The translations under genes were made by a program, and so were the position numbers. From Prasinococcaceae sp. CCMP 1430 (lineage: Eukaryota; Plantae; Prasinodermophyta), in contig RQSC01000018.1 in NCBI GenBank assembly GCA_013416795.1, positions 1 to 64,000 on the forward strand: a DNA stretch of 64,000 nucleotides. Direction: 5' to 3'. The stretch's first letter is position 1, and each line of letters opens with the position of its first letter. Positions 1 to 9,308 of this stretch are shown here, piece after piece. The notes below the pieces were generated by a model that ran no database searches, was not told the DNA's origin, and saw only the letters and a list, made by a program, of their open reading frames with translations.

Positions 1-1815
1 GGGGCGGGCGAGGGGCCAGCGGCGGACGTGGCGAGGGCGCCGGCGCGAAGCATGACGACGGCGCGCGCGGCGCGGCCAGGGCGCGCGGCGTGCGCTTCCA
101 CCAGCTGTCGACCGTGTTTGACGCAAGCGATGCTCCCGAGGCGCTGAGCGCGAGGAAAGCGGACGCGTCGCGCCCGCTCGAGCGAGTGGCGGACGCGCAC
201 GCGGGCGCCGTGCGCGCTGCCTGCGGTGAGGGCGGCGCGCCGCTGCGCGTCGCGCGACGCCCCGCCTGGGCTGCGGGCGAGACCGCCGCGGTCGTGCAGG
301 CACGCGAGGAGGCGGCCTTCGATGCGTGGATAGCCGATACCGACTCGGCACTCGAGGCCGCGCTCGCGGCCGGTGACTCGCCGGCGTCGCCCTGCCTGTA
401 CGAGCACAATCTTGAGGTCTGGAGGCAGGTGTGGCGCGCGGCCGAGTTTGCCGACGTGGCGGTAATCCTCTGCGACGCGCGCTTCCCGGCGCTGCATCTC
501 AACACGCACCTGGTCGACATGGTGGCGGACAGCGGCGCCATCCCGGTCATCGCGCTCACCAAGGCGGACCTCGTGCCGGACGACGCTGTCGCCGCGTGGA
601 AAGAACGCCTCGCGCGAGACTGCCCGCGCGTGCATGGCGCAATCGTGGCCGTCAGCGCGCCGCCGCGCCGCCGCGTTGGTCCAGGTGACTCGGCGGCCGC
701 GCGGCGCACGGCGCTCGCAAGCGCGCGCGCCGCCGCCGAGACGCGGATCGCGCTCCTCGAGGCCGTTCGCACCGCCATCGGCGCAGAAGCCTCACGCGGT
801 GAGTCTGTGCTCCCGGAAGGAACCGTCGAGGCGTTCGAGCGCGACGCTTGCGACGCCATCGACGCCGCAGCCATGGAAGCGTCCACTGCCGCGGCAGCGC
901 TCGTGGCACTCGACGAGGACTCTGACCACGATGATTCGCGCGCGGCTCCTGCGGCCGGCGCTGGCTACAGCTCAGAGAGTGACGCACCTATCACAGAAGG
1001 CATTGGCGACTCAGACTCCGACAGCGGCATCTCCAGTGCTGAGGCGACAGACGAGGACGAGGACGACGCCGAGCAGGTCGATCACGGGGCAGACCTCGTC
1101 GATGCTTCGTGCCGCAACCCCGGCGCCGTCGGCACCCTGCCCGCGGGCGCACTGCGTGGCGCGCGCCCCGGCCACTGCACCATCGCTCTGTGCGGGCACC
1201 CAAACCAAGGGAAGAGCACGCTGCTCAATGCTCTGGTTGGGCGCAAGCGCGTGTCGGTGAGCCGCACGCCAGGGCACACCAAGCACATTCAGACGATCTA
1301 CCTGGCGCGCGGTATCATGCTGCTCGACTCGCCGGGAATCGTAGCGCCCAGGACGGGCGTTCCACGCGCCCTGCAGGTGGTTGGGGGCCTCGCACCCACG
1401 AGGTGCGAATGCTCGGCGCTTGTGTACGCGCGCGGTGTCGTGGTCGCACATGGCATGATTCGCTGACACGTGTCACCGCACGCCCAGCGCTCTGCGCGAG
1501 CCCTTTTCGAGCCTGCGCTACTTTGCTGAGCGATGCCACCCGGCGCTGCATGTACACTACCGACTGGAGCGCGCTCGCGCGACAATGCTCGCGGAAGACG
1601 CAGACGAGCTGGCCGATATGCAAGAGGATGAGCCGCCGTGGTCGCCACTGGCGCTATGCGAGGCGTTCGCGTACAAGCGTGGCTGGACCGTGGGCCGCTT
1701 CGGGCGGCCGGACGCGTACCGCGCGGCGCTCGCCATGCTGCGCGACGCGCTCGAGGGCACAAGCGCCACGCTCTACTGGCTCCCGGCCGACATTGGTGAG
1801 AGTCGGGAGTTGTAA
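1..1815 (+). CDS. Circularly permuted GTPase, GNL1/LSG1 family (5' partial); exons <1-1402, 1488-1815
   Basis: YEHNLEVWRQVWR motif; G4 TKADL precedes G1 GHPNQGKST, G2 SRTPGHTKH and G3 DSPG. GT at 1403, GCTGAC branch and AG at 1486-87 restore the frame (…TSALREPFSSLRYFAER…GRPDAYRAA). Confidence 0.85.
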
Positions 1816-2192
1816 GTTACTGTATTTTGCAGGGAGGCGTCGCCTGCGCTCGCGGCTCCTTGTGCCCTCAAGACGCCGCTCCCCTCGTCTGATGCAGACG
1901 AGGCGAGCTGAAGCGGCAGGCGCAGCTTGCGTCGCACAGGCGTGCCCGCAGGACCCGCACTGCCCGGCCCACCGACGCCTTCGAACGGCGTCATATGGTA
2001 CGTGCTCGTGCACGAGCTGCGCGCCCGACCACGTGCAGGCGAGTGCTTGCCGCGCACGCGCAGCGCGCGGCGCTGTCGCTGTGATGGCCGCGGCAAACGC
2101 ATCCATCCACACACATTTCGCGCGCAGCTCTCTCGGCGTCGCCACACAGCGCGCGTCCTGCGCGCCTGCGCCGCGGGTGCGGCGGGCGCGCG

Positions 2193-4394
2193 ATGGCGGC
2201 GAATGGCATTGGCGTGGGGCCAGGTACCACTGCCGCCGTCAATGCCGGCGGCGTCCATGCAGCCGCCCTCGCCGTGCTGCGCGCGAGGCTCGCGGCGCTG
2301 CGCCCGCTCGTGCGTGCGCAGCTCGACGAGCTGGCGTTCGCCGCGCTGGTGCAGGAGGATGTCGCCGGCGCGGCGAGCGTTGCGGCGGCGATGCGGGCGG
2401 CTGCCGAGCGCACAGGAGTAGCGTTGTCCGCCGAGGGCGCTACGCGGTCTGACCCCGCCGCCGCCGGCGGCGCGGGCGGCGTCTGCGCCGTTCGGCGGCA
2501 TTTTTTCGCCGTTACGTCTGAAGAGGTCAACAACGAGGGATGGCGCGTGCGCGTGGACGAGGGCGGTGGTAGCGGCGGCGGCGGTGGCGGCGACATGCGC
2601 AGCGCAGACGCAGGCGGCGCAGCGACCAGCGATAGCATCGCGGGGCGACCTGTCGAGCGCGCCGCACTCGTCGCGCTGCGCGACGCGTTTTCCGTGCGAG
2701 ATACGTTACTCAAGGGCGAGGCGGAGGCGATTGCCGACAGGTTGTGGGTGCCGCCGCATGCCGTGTCAGCGTTTTTTGACTCGCACCGGCGCCGGCTCAA
2801 AGCGCTCGGCGACACGCTCAAGACGAGCGGCGAGGACGAGAACCGGGGCGAGGCCGAGGGTGGGAGCGAGGACGAGGGTGAGGGCGGTGGAGGAGGTGAA
2901 GACACGCGCCCGCCCGTCGCGTCTAAAGCCAGCGTGGACGGCGGCGGATCACAGCGACAGGAAAACGAAGTGGCAGCCCCAGAGAGGCAACAGGGGCAGG
3001 GCGTCCAGGCGTGGGCTGCCCTCGCATACAGGGACGGCGTGGGCGACGTCGCCGCACCGGAGAAGCGCGCACGTCTGAGCACGTGTGTGGAGAGCGCCGA
3101 CCTGCGGCCACGACTCACGGCCGTACTCGATGCACACGGCGGCGTGCACGGTGCCGTAGGTGCGCGCGAGGTCGTGTCGCTCGCGCGAGCTGAGCGCAGC
3201 GTGAGTGGGAGGAAGCTACTCTGCCAGGTGGTGGCTGCAACAGCCGATGCAGATGCGCGGCGCGTACTTTTCGAGGGGGAGGAGGGTAGCGATGAGCGCC
3301 CGGTACTCTTCTCGCTCGCGCTCTGGCTCAAGGAGGCGCGCGAGGATGGGCTCAGCACGCTGCTGCAGTTCGTGCTCGTCGCGCTGCGCAGGAGCGCACC
3401 GGCCACTGCCGCGCGCCGGCGCGCACACATAGGCCATGCAGTCGAAAAGCTCCACGGGCACAGCTCGGGCGCGGTGCGCGACGCCGCGCGTGCGCTGACC
3501 GCGCGCTGGCTCCGGGAGGACACAGCGCATGATGCAACCGCACCAATCAACTGCGTCGGCGACATGGCTGCCAGGCCGCGCGGCGTCGAGAACTCCAAAG
3601 CAGGCGTGCCATCCCAGGATCCTGTTGGGCCACCCACTGCTCTGCCGAAGCGGCCGATGAAGCGCGCGACGCTGGTGTCGCCACCGGGGCAGCCACCGCC
3701 CACGGACGAGCGTGATCATTCGACCGACTTGTGCTCATCCGCGCGGCCAGCTGAGCAGGCGCCTGCTCCAGCGGCGGTGCGCGAGAGAACGACGGCGCAG
3801 GCGGCGGCGATGGTGGTCCAGCCTACCATTGCGTGGCCAGAGTCAGGCCCACCCTTCGCCGACCTCTCGGGCCTGCGCCAACACACCTCGCACGGCATGT
3901 ACAGCAGCGAAGCAAACGCGCAGGCCGTGCGTGAAATGAACGTGCGCGCGGGTGCGTTCGTGTGCTTCGGCAGCCCGGGCGAGCCCGACGCGGCTTCGAT
4001 GCAGTACGCCGATGTGCCGGACGACATGGTTCCACTTATGCCCCTGGAAAAGATGCAAGCAAGTGCACTGGCTGACGACAGTGCGCAGGCGCACGCGCAC
4101 GTGCAAGGACAGGCGCCCGCTGCTGTGGCGGTACCGCCAAAGGAGGCTCTATCCGCGCTGCTGGCGAGCTTCGGGCAACAGCCCGACGGCGGTGGCAATG
4201 CGACGCCTGCCCAGCAAATGTGGCCTCCGCAGCAGGCGCCCACCGCTAGTTCCAACGAGGCTGCTGCGGCTGCTGCAGCTGCCGCACCCGTTGCGGCGCC
4301 CACTGCACCTACTGCCAAGCCCAAGAAGAAGTCACTGGGCGACGTGCTCGCCCGCTTCAACATCAAGAAGCGCAAGAGCTGTAATAATGAATGA
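2193..4394 (+). CDS. LD: LUMINIDEPENDENS-like homeodomain/TFIIS-N-terminal-domain protein
   Basis: 733-aa ORF with blocks resembling plant LD in order: VAGAASV; FSVRDTL-x-KGEAEAIA…VSAFF (divergent homeodomain); WLKEA…STLL…ARALTARW (TFIIS-N-like); IAWP…SSEANAQ…PGEP…DDMVPLMP. Confidence 0.7.
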   Translation: MAANGIGVGPGTTAAVNAGGVHAAALAVLRARLAALRPLVRAQLDELAFAALVQEDVAGAASVAAAMRAAAERTGVALSAEGATRSDPAAAGGAGGVCAVRRHFFAVTSEEVNNEGWRVRVDEGGGSGGGGGGDMRSADAGGAATSDSIAGRPVERAALVALRDAFSVRDTLLKGEAEAIADRLWVPPHAVSAFFDSHRRRLKALGDTLKTSGEDENRGEAEGGSEDEGEGGGGGEDTRPPVASKASVDGGGSQRQENEVAAPERQQGQGVQAWAALAYRDGVGDVAAPEKRARLSTCVESADLRPRLTAVLDAHGGVHGAVGAREVVSLARAERSVSGRKLLCQVVAATADADARRVLFEGEEGSDERPVLFSLALWLKEAREDGLSTLLQFVLVALRRSAPATAARRRAHIGHAVEKLHGHSSGAVRDAARALTARWLREDTAHDATAPINCVGDMAARPRGVENSKAGVPSQDPVGPPTALPKRPMKRATLVSPPGQPPPTDERDHSTDLCSSARPAEQAPAPAAVRERTTAQAAAMVVQPTIAWPESGPPFADLSGLRQHTSHGMYSSEANAQAVREMNVRAGAFVCFGSPGEPDAASMQYADVPDDMVPLMPLEKMQASALADDSAQAHAHVQGQAPAAVAVPPKEALSALLASFGQQPDGGGNATPAQQMWPPQQAPTASSNEAAAAAAAAAPVAAPTAPTAKPKKKSLGDVLARFNIKKRKSCNNE

Positions 4395-4470
4395 ATGATA
4401 ACTGCGCGTCTGGCGCATGGCGCCACCTCGCGTATTAGACTTGGGCATACAGCTGCAGAGACGGGGAGGC

Positions 4471-5598
4471 TCAATCTTGCCTCTCTGGCGCCGCGGTGGG
4501 CCGGTTTGTGCTCTCGCCGTTCTCAGCCGATGCCGTTGCGGCCGTCCCGTCCCCCCCATCAGCGCCCGTGCCCATCGGCCCGCCCCTATGGCGCTCGTAC
4601 AAGTCCTCCCACGCCTTGATAAATGCCGCGTGTGCAGCGTCGACACCCCCCGGGCCGTCACATGGGATTGGTTTGCCGACCACAGTGCATATCGGCGACT
4701 GCATGGGCACCGGGTTGAAGAAGCCGCTGCCGAAGTGGAAGATGGGCCTTCCCCAGAAGAAGACTGGCGCGAAGCGCAGTCTCGATGTGATGCGCTTGAT
4801 CCATGGCGTGCTCGAGAATCGCTGCTCCATGTGGTAGAGACCCTCACCCCCGAACAGCACAACGGGCACCACATGCGCGTCGGCTTCCGCCGCCAATTTG
4901 ATAAAGCCCTTGCGCTGGCGGATCATGTCCTTGGCAGCTCGCCACGGCGAGCCCTCGATGAGCGACAGCATGACCTCCCATGCGCCACCCGGGATAATTG
5001 CGCACGAATGGCCCGCGCGCAGCGTACGCCTAAAGCTCGCCTTGTCTATGGAGCGCACGCCAATCCAGTGCACAATGTTGCGAATGATGGGCAGCATCTG
5101 CACTGCACTGCTCGACAGCTGTCGCAGGCTGCCGGCGGGACCCTTCATGCACCGCGGAAGCCCGTTGTCGCCGTGCAGGTCCGTGAATGCGAAAATGCCC
5201 AGCGGCAGGAAGCAGTGGGGCTCGCATGCGTAGATGTACTTGCGCTTCGAATCGAAGGCACCGACGTCCTCCACGTGCACCTTCAGAGGAAAGTAGGTCG
5301 CGCTCTTCGACACGAGCAACTTTCCGACTGTGTCACGTCCCACATCGTTGAGCGGCGGCAACACTGAAAGCAGCACGACCGTCGAGACGACCGCGAGCGC
5401 AAGCAGCGAGAAGCCGTAAGCGTACCAATGCAAGAGCGCCATGAGCGCCACCGTCACGAGGACGTGCACCCACACCAGGATGGCAATCAGCGCATACATG
5501 CCCGCTGGCCCCGGCGACCGCTCCCATGACAGAGTCAGCGGCTTGGGCTCGCGGGTCCCGCTGCGCCCGGGCGTCGCCGGTTCGTCGCCACCGGCCAT
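4471..5598 (-). CDS. DGAT2: Diacylglycerol acyltransferase type 2 (DGAT2/DGTT family)
   Basis: N-terminal TM segments, YFP motif, EPHC (HPHG-equivalent), PGGAWE, RKGFIKLA, VPVVLFG, VVGKPI. Start placed at MAGGDEP. Confidence 0.9.
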   Translation of the reverse strand: MAGGDEPATPGRSGTREPKPLTLSWERSPGPAGMYALIAILVWVHVLVTVALMALLHWYAYGFSLLALAVVSTVVLLSVLPPLNDVGRDTVGKLLVSKSATYFPLKVHVEDVGAFDSKRKYIYACEPHCFLPLGIFAFTDLHGDNGLPRCMKGPAGSLRQLSSSAVQMLPIIRNIVHWIGVRSIDKASFRRTLRAGHSCAIIPGGAWEVMLSLIEGSPWRAAKDMIRQRKGFIKLAAEADAHVVPVVLFGGEGLYHMEQRFSSTPWIKRITSRLRFAPVFFWGRPIFHFGSGFFNPVPMQSPICTVVGKPIPCDGPGGVDAAHAAFIKAWEDLYERHRGGPMGTGADGGDGTAATASAENGESTNRPTAAPERQD

Positions 5599-5605
5599 CG
5601 CTGCC

Positions 5606-5631
5606 CCGCCGCCGCCGCCGCCGCCGCCGCC
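5606..5631. repeat. (GCC)n microsatellite
   Basis: Tandem GCC run just upstream of the DGAT2 start. Confidence 0.8.
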
Positions 5632-6009
5632 AGCGGCCGCGGCTGCGCGAGCGCCCGCACCCGCCAGCCCAAGAGATGCGGAGCGGCTCTTCCCGGCGCA
5701 CCTCCGCGGCGGCCGCCGCGCAGCGCGCCGCCGCTGCGCCTCTGTCTGCCGCGCGGAGGTCGCACCGTACCGCGGGGAACCCAATTCGCGGACCAGACGC
5801 GGCGAAATACAAGCGTGTCCAAGTTCGGGAAATTGGCGAGTCGAGCGCAGGGGAACGCAGGGGAACGGCAGCGGCCGCCCGACCGAGCTGCGCGTGCTGT
5901 CGTGCGCGGTCGGCAGCGGACAGCCTACTACGTACAGTAGCTAGATGGATGGTCTGCGTACTCTACAAGCCTACGTATGCTGCGTGAGCAGCCAGCTGTC
6001 GATGGGGGT

Positions 6010-6092
6010 GTATGCGTGCGCTTGCATGCGTGCGTGCGTGCACGTGCACATGCGTGTGTGCGTGCGTGCGTGCGCGTGTGCGTGCGTGCGTT
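6010..6092. repeat. (GTGC)/(GT) compound microsatellite
   Basis: Alternating purine-pyrimidine tract tgcgtgcgtgcacgtgcacatgcgtgtgtgcgtg…. Confidence 0.8.
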
Positions 6093-6186
6093 GGTGCATG
6101 CGCGTCCGTTTGCTGTCGCCCTCCGTGGTTGGTTCGTGCTTGCGTGCATGCAAGCGTGAGCGCACTATTGGAGGAGCAGTCGAGCG

Positions 6187-6579
6187 CTACGCTGGCGGAT
6201 TGATGCCCTTGTGCAACCCACAGCAGCGCGACAGAAGCCACAGGGGCGGGTAGGCGACGGCGGTCACGGCCACGTCAACCACCCTGAGCATTGCTCGAGC
6301 CACACGACCGCGCGACTTTCGCCGCCGCGAGCTCTGCTGCGCCCGTTCTCGCTCGCGTGCGTTCGCCTCCTTCACAGCGGCGTACGGGGCGTACTCGTCA
6401 CTGTCGCTGCTCTCGTCGTTCACACCGCCGCCATCCCTGCCGTGGTCCACGCTGCTGCCGTCGCTGCCCGCGGAGCCCGCGCCGGCCCTGTCGCCGCTGG
6501 CGAGCGGCGCGGTACCCCACGCGCCCTCGTCCTCGCCCTCGCCGCCATCCGCCGAGCTCGAGCCGCCTGCGCCAGCCAT
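6187..6579 (-). CDS. Hypothetical small protein (acidic N-terminus, hydrophobic C-terminal segment)
   Basis: gccATGG start, 130 aa: acidic low-complexity region, basic helix, then VVDVAVTAVAYPPLWLL. No family recognised. Confidence 0.45.
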   Translation of the reverse strand: MAGAGGSSSADGGEGEDEGAWGTAPLASGDRAGAGSAGSDGSSVDHGRDGGGVNDESSDSDEYAPYAAVKEANARERERAQQSSRRRKSRGRVARAMLRVVDVAVTAVAYPPLWLLSRCCGLHKGINPPA

Positions 6580-7045
6580 GGCGCGCCCCACCCCCGCACG
6601 CCGCGCGCGCGCTGTGCCGCGGCGCCGCAGCGGGCGCATCCGACCGAGTTTGGATGTGTTTGTTCGTGCACGCAGTCGCCCTCGTACCGACCTCAGAACT
6701 TGGAGAGTGCCCGGGTGCGCCCGCCGCCGCACGTGTGGCATTATGCTCGCTGCCGCCGCCGCCACTGCCGCCGCTGCCACTGCGGTTCCACACCCTGCCC
6801 CCCCTTCGCCTGCCACCCCATCCCACCCCCCCAACCAGCCCACGGTACACGCGGACGCCGCGCTACGGCCGTGCTCGAGCGTGCGCGGCCGTCCGCGGCG
6901 GCGCGGCGGCGACCCCCCACCCCCACCCCTGCCCCCGGTAGGGCAGAGGCCGCCACGTGCGGCCCCTGTGGGGCGCACCCCACAGCCGCCCGACCCCGTC
7001 GAACCACACAACGCACGCACGCGCAAAAGCATCTCAGGAACGCGG

Positions 7046-7466
7046 TTTTAGGTTTCTCTTACGTAAGGGTTTCTATTACACGTCATCATGCATCGCGATT
7101 CCATGTGCGGTGGACTTTGGGTTGAGGCTTCGGCGGCCGCGGCGGCCCGCCCGGCGCCCCCTCGCCCGACGGAGCTCGCGCCCGGCCGGAGGTCCCGCGT
7201 CGCGCGCTCCGGGCGCGCGCGAATTCGAATCCGCGAGCTCGCGGGGCGCCCCATCAAACGCAAGGTCCGAGCGCCGCCGAATTCCCCAACGAATTCCCGG
7301 CCGATGCCACGAAATGGTACTTTGTAGTACTACTGTAACCCTAAACCTCAAATGCGCGCGCATCACCCTCGTCGGCAGGCTGTGGCCGGCTGGCTGGCTG
7401 GTCGGTCGTGGGGCGTTGAGACCCTAAACTTTAACCTTAAATGAGGTGTTTGTGTGTTAGGGTTTC
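7046..7466. promoter_or_regulatory. Telo-box-like AT-rich islands in a divergent intergenic region
   Basis: TTTAGGTTT, AAGGGTTT, AACCCTAAACC, ACCCTAAAC, TTAGGGTTT. Confidence 0.55.
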
Positions 7467-7521
7467 GGCAGCAGCTGGCATCAGCAAACACGGTTTCAGT
7501 GACTGTGGTGTGGAGGAGGGG

Positions 7522-9024
7522 ATGCTCGTCGTCCGGATCCGTTCGCCGCTTCGATCGAGGCGGCGTCCGGCGGATTCGTCGCGCCCTTCCGCCCGCTTCT
7601 TCGGGTCTTTTCCTGGGTTCGGCGCGCTGTGGGCGGGGCGCGCGGCAGCGGCTTTCGGCGGGGAGGGGGCGCTGGCGCTCGCAGGCGTCAACGAGGCGCG
7701 GGATGGCGCGCGTGCGGCATATGCTGCGCTGGCTGCGCACCCGATGCGTGACCTGCTCGAGTCAACCGCGCGCGCGCGTCGCCGCGCCGCCCGGCGCTCG
7801 CCCGACATGCTCATCACGTTGCATGAGCGCCTCGCGTCAATGCCTGAGAATGACTCCGACGAGGATGACGACGCCCGCACTGTACGGACCATGAACCGCG
7901 TGTCGATGGTGAGCGTGGAGCTCGGTGACGCACGCGTGCAGCCCACCTGGGAGGGCCTGCTGATACCGCTACCGAGTCCATACGCGGCGAGCTACGCGGC
8001 GAGCTACGTGGACGCCGCCGACGGAGATGTGATGGGCTGGGTCACCGGCCAGGGCGGCGCCGGAGCGGCGATGCGGCCGTGCCACATGTGCTGGTACGCT
8101 GCACGGCAGCTGCATGCGCTCGCCTCGCGCACGGAGCTGCCCGCGATCGCCGCCACGCGGCGTGCGGAGCGCGTGTACCGAGCGTGCCTCGCGTGCGGTG
8201 CGCGCGCAGATACGTGCTGCAGCGCGCGTGCCGAGGGCGTCGTCGTGAGCCGTGACTCCGCGGCAGGCGGTGCCCGCACGCTGCAGCGGGCCTTCGTCTA
8301 CCACGCGCGGGGCACTGCCGAGTGGCGGCTGGGCTTCCTCATGCCGCTAGTCGGCCTCACCGGCGCGCAACAAGAGCATCAGCAGGGTGGCGGCGGCGGC
8401 GACACGCAGGTGGCGACTGAGGCGGGCGTGGGCGCAGGCGTGGGCGCGGGCGCTGGCGCTCATGCCACAGCGCGTTTCTCTGCGTTTCTGGTCTTTACGA
8501 AGGTGGACCTTACCACCGGCGAGTTCGACCAGATGGCGCTCCCGCAAGAGCTTGGCGCGTGTGGTCCGCCGACCGTGCCCGCTGACAACCGCAGTGGGCG
8601 CCCGCGCGTGGCAAGCACCCGCTCGGACTTCCGCTTCACCGGTCAGGCGACGCGCGTGCACGACTTCTTTGGGGTGCGCATGGGCCATGCACTGCGCTGC
8701 CGTGCCATGGTGTCGCTCGCTGTCACCTGCCGCAGGGGCGCCGGCGCAGGAGCAGGCACTGCTGGCCGCGCTGGCGTGGACAAGGAGAGACCCAGGCTGA
8801 TGCTCCACTCGGACGTGGTCGAGCTCCGGCTTGCGTCGTCAGGCAAGGCTGTCGGCGCGTCGCGGCTCGTCGCCGACGACTTCCCCGTGTATGCCCCCGC
8901 GGCCGACTGGCCCGCCACGGCCGCCACCAGTCGTATGGAGAGCTTCGAGGGCAAAGCGAGCATTGCGGTCGGACACACGCTGCGCCTGTCGATTCCGGTG
9001 CAGGCTCCGGATGGCAAGGGCTAG
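7522..9024 (+). CDS. Hypothetical protein (Cys pairs, beta-rich C-terminus)
   Basis: ~500-aa uninterrupted ORF downstream of an AT-rich island; CHMC and CLAC motifs. Start could also be 7441. Confidence 0.6.
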   Translation: MLVVRIRSPLRSRRRPADSSRPSARFFGSFPGFGALWAGRAAAAFGGEGALALAGVNEARDGARAAYAALAAHPMRDLLESTARARRRAARRSPDMLITLHERLASMPENDSDEDDDARTVRTMNRVSMVSVELGDARVQPTWEGLLIPLPSPYAASYAASYVDAADGDVMGWVTGQGGAGAAMRPCHMCWYAARQLHALASRTELPAIAATRRAERVYRACLACGARADTCCSARAEGVVVSRDSAAGGARTLQRAFVYHARGTAEWRLGFLMPLVGLTGAQQEHQQGGGGGDTQVATEAGVGAGVGAGAGAHATARFSAFLVFTKVDLTTGEFDQMALPQELGACGPPTVPADNRSGRPRVASTRSDFRFTGQATRVHDFFGVRMGHALRCRAMVSLAVTCRRGAGAGAGTAGRAGVDKERPRLMLHSDVVELRLASSGKAVGASRLVADDFPVYAPAADWPATAATSRMESFEGKASIAVGHTLRLSIPVQAPDGKG

Positions 9025-9308
9025 CGAGCAGAGCGAGCAGCGAATGCGCGTGCGTGGATGCTTAACGAGCAATATAGTTACGAAAGTGTGTGCCGCCTCG
9101 ATGTCTATGTGGGCGAGGGGAGGGAAAACTTGCTCATCGCGCTGCCCCCTGCCGAGCTGCCCGCCTCGGCACTCGCTGATCGAAGGTCGTTAGGTGTCGG
9201 CCACTGTTGGCTTGACTATTATGTGTGTGTGTGCGTGTGTGTGTGTGCAGCACCGCGGCGCGCGGGCGGCACCTGAGGCACACCGGCGAGGAGGTCTGCC
9301 ATGCGGTC

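Noticed and set aside
1991-3703. 570-aa antisense ORF, and the many other long Arg/Ala-rich shadow ORFs
   Set aside because: Expected at ~70% GC opposite real genes; no motifs.
7337-7466. True telomere or CRISPR-like array
   Set aside because: Repeats are few, degenerate and bidirectional, with no regular repeat-spacer structure.
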